From NCBI GenBank assembly GCA_002633005.1, contig NMRA01000007.1:882362-946361 (forward strand): a stretch of 64,000 nucleotides of DNA, read 5' to 3'. The position numbers were made by a program, and so were the translations under genes. Origin of the DNA: Phoronis australis (lineage: Eukaryota; Animalia; Phoronida). The notes below the pieces were generated by a model. That model was not told the origin of the DNA. It saw only the letters and a program-made list of their open reading frames with translations, and did no database searches. Below, one piece after another: positions 62,401 to 64,000 of the stretch; within the stretch, counting starts at the first letter, position 1; each line of letters begins with the position of its first letter.

Positions 62401-63360
62401 GCAACTCCAATAACTAAAAATCTTGCCTCGACTATTCTGCCTTTACACGCTATTTGCTAAAGTTTAATAAATTCGCCAAACAAGGCTAGCTTGAAGCCTT
62501 TTTGCCAGACATCATGAAGCAGACTGACACACAGTCATGTTAAAAGTGTCTCAATTTATTCCAGTGGGTTGTTTGTAAAGACAACAATTCAGCGCAAGAG
62601 ACCCGCATTTTGAGAACCATTTTTTTCCACTGAATATTAGGCCTCAAACTGGTTCTCAAATCCTGGGACCCATGTAAGTGATTACTGCAAAACAAGCAAC
62701 CCATTTGTAAATTAATTTAGCCCAGGTTTTGTTCTTCCAACCAAGAAATACAGACATTTCTTAAAACCACTGGATGTACCATTAGTTTAAAAAAAATATA
62801 TGCTCCACACAGGCATTTCATATCATCAATTATCTCCCCTTTTATGACAATTAATCCAACAGCTTCATTTCCTAAATACAAAATAAATTGATTTCTGTGC
62901 GTTCACAAGAATTCACCTGAGACAAATTTATTATCAATGACAGATGAGTAAGAACTAGAAAACCTGTCGAATTATGAGTCATCGTGCCTACAAAGCGGAC
63001 AAAACAGGGCCTGGCGATACCAGGTATCTCAACTAAATAATAATGCTCAAGTTGCAAAAAGATAAGAGTTGATAGCCATACAGGTGTTAAGAATAAATTA
63101 ATTGGGCGAGACACTTCCACGATCTATACAGTTCTCAAATGTAAAAGGTGTACTGAGCAATGTTTAGTTAATATGACTATAGCCTTGGGACACCCAATTT
63201 AAGACCATCTACAGGGTCAAATGTTCCGATTTAATTTTAAAATCTTCACAAAAAATGCTCATAAGGTATTATTTATGTTCTATAAGCTTCATCTTTATTT
63301 TATGTATGATACTGAAGTTGGCCATTTTTGATTTGATGTTGTAGCCTCAAAATAAATCAC

Positions 63361-63578
63361 TGGTATGTAGCTTTCCCACCGGTAAAACTGATTGAAAATG
63401 GAATCTCCGTCACAACTCGCTGTAACTTTCCTACTATCTCCTCTCTTATAGCAACGTCGGAATTCTGGGGATTAAACACCAGATGGCGTAGTTGATTCAC
63501 ACTCTCGATCGAATATGTGTGCTGCATGCCGCTACCTCTAGCGATTACACCCATCGCAGTGGAATTAATCTTTCCCAT
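63361..63578 (-). CDS. Candidate alternative first coding exon (MGKINSTAMGV...GGKATY)
   Basis: GGAATGG start context; open 72 codons; weak phase-2 donor CA|GTGATT; upstream acceptor at 63681-63682. Confidence 0.35.
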
Positions 63579-64000
63579 TCCAGGGGGGTTGTGCAACTCT
63601 GTACTTTAATTTGCCTATTTTATGAAACGTTACGATGCCTCTCTTAGTCCAGGGATTACGCTATCCAACTGACGCAACTCCTGATAACAGGAGAGCTGCA
63701 GCACTGATGGGAAAGTGACATTAAGCAGTTTAACAGCAAGGGACACAATATAATACAACAGTGACCTTGACAGCAGACTGACTTTATAATTTGTCAAAGC
63801 ATACAATAAAAGAATAACTTGTCACTATTAAAGCTGTTTTTATAGTGGTTTAGATGTACAAGTGCCTCTTCTAATTGTGTTTTAAGGAAGACCATGAGCA
63901 CAGGTTGAGTTATAAAACCAAACTGTAGATTTAATAACTTTGAACAATTGCAGAGCAATCTCAAACACAAGTTGGACATTTATAATCCTGCAAGTCTCAG

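Overview
This is AT-rich, intron-rich animal (invertebrate-like) genomic DNA; the species cannot be named from the sequence alone. Two convergent protein-coding genes can be rebuilt exon by exon with GT-AG junctions and consistent phases. The first, on the + strand, is a 12-exon, ~716-aa C2H2 zinc-finger protein (CDS 9234-17605) with four C-terminal fingers and short cofactor-docking motifs (DHCY; DEEVVVDVES). The second, on the - strand, is PPP4R4 (PP4 regulatory subunit 4, HEAT repeats), with 18 core exons from 47544 to 23148; I did not find its canonical first exons, which probably lie beyond the right edge. A divergent minus-strand transcript appears to start near 8750, making a bidirectional promoter. 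The most interesting signals are: (a) a cluster of frame-preserving candidate microexons in PPP4R4 introns; (b) phase-2 candidate alternative first coding exons in the large 5' intron, one starting with an N-myristoylation-type MGxxxS; (c) tandem repeats that copy splice sites; (d) a 1.4-kb foldback element with decayed THAP coding sequence in both arms; and (e) a 25-bp E-box minisatellite. An apparent PPP4R4 exon duplication around a single N (32404) is most likely an assembly artefact. All alternative-exon calls are predictions without transcript evidence.
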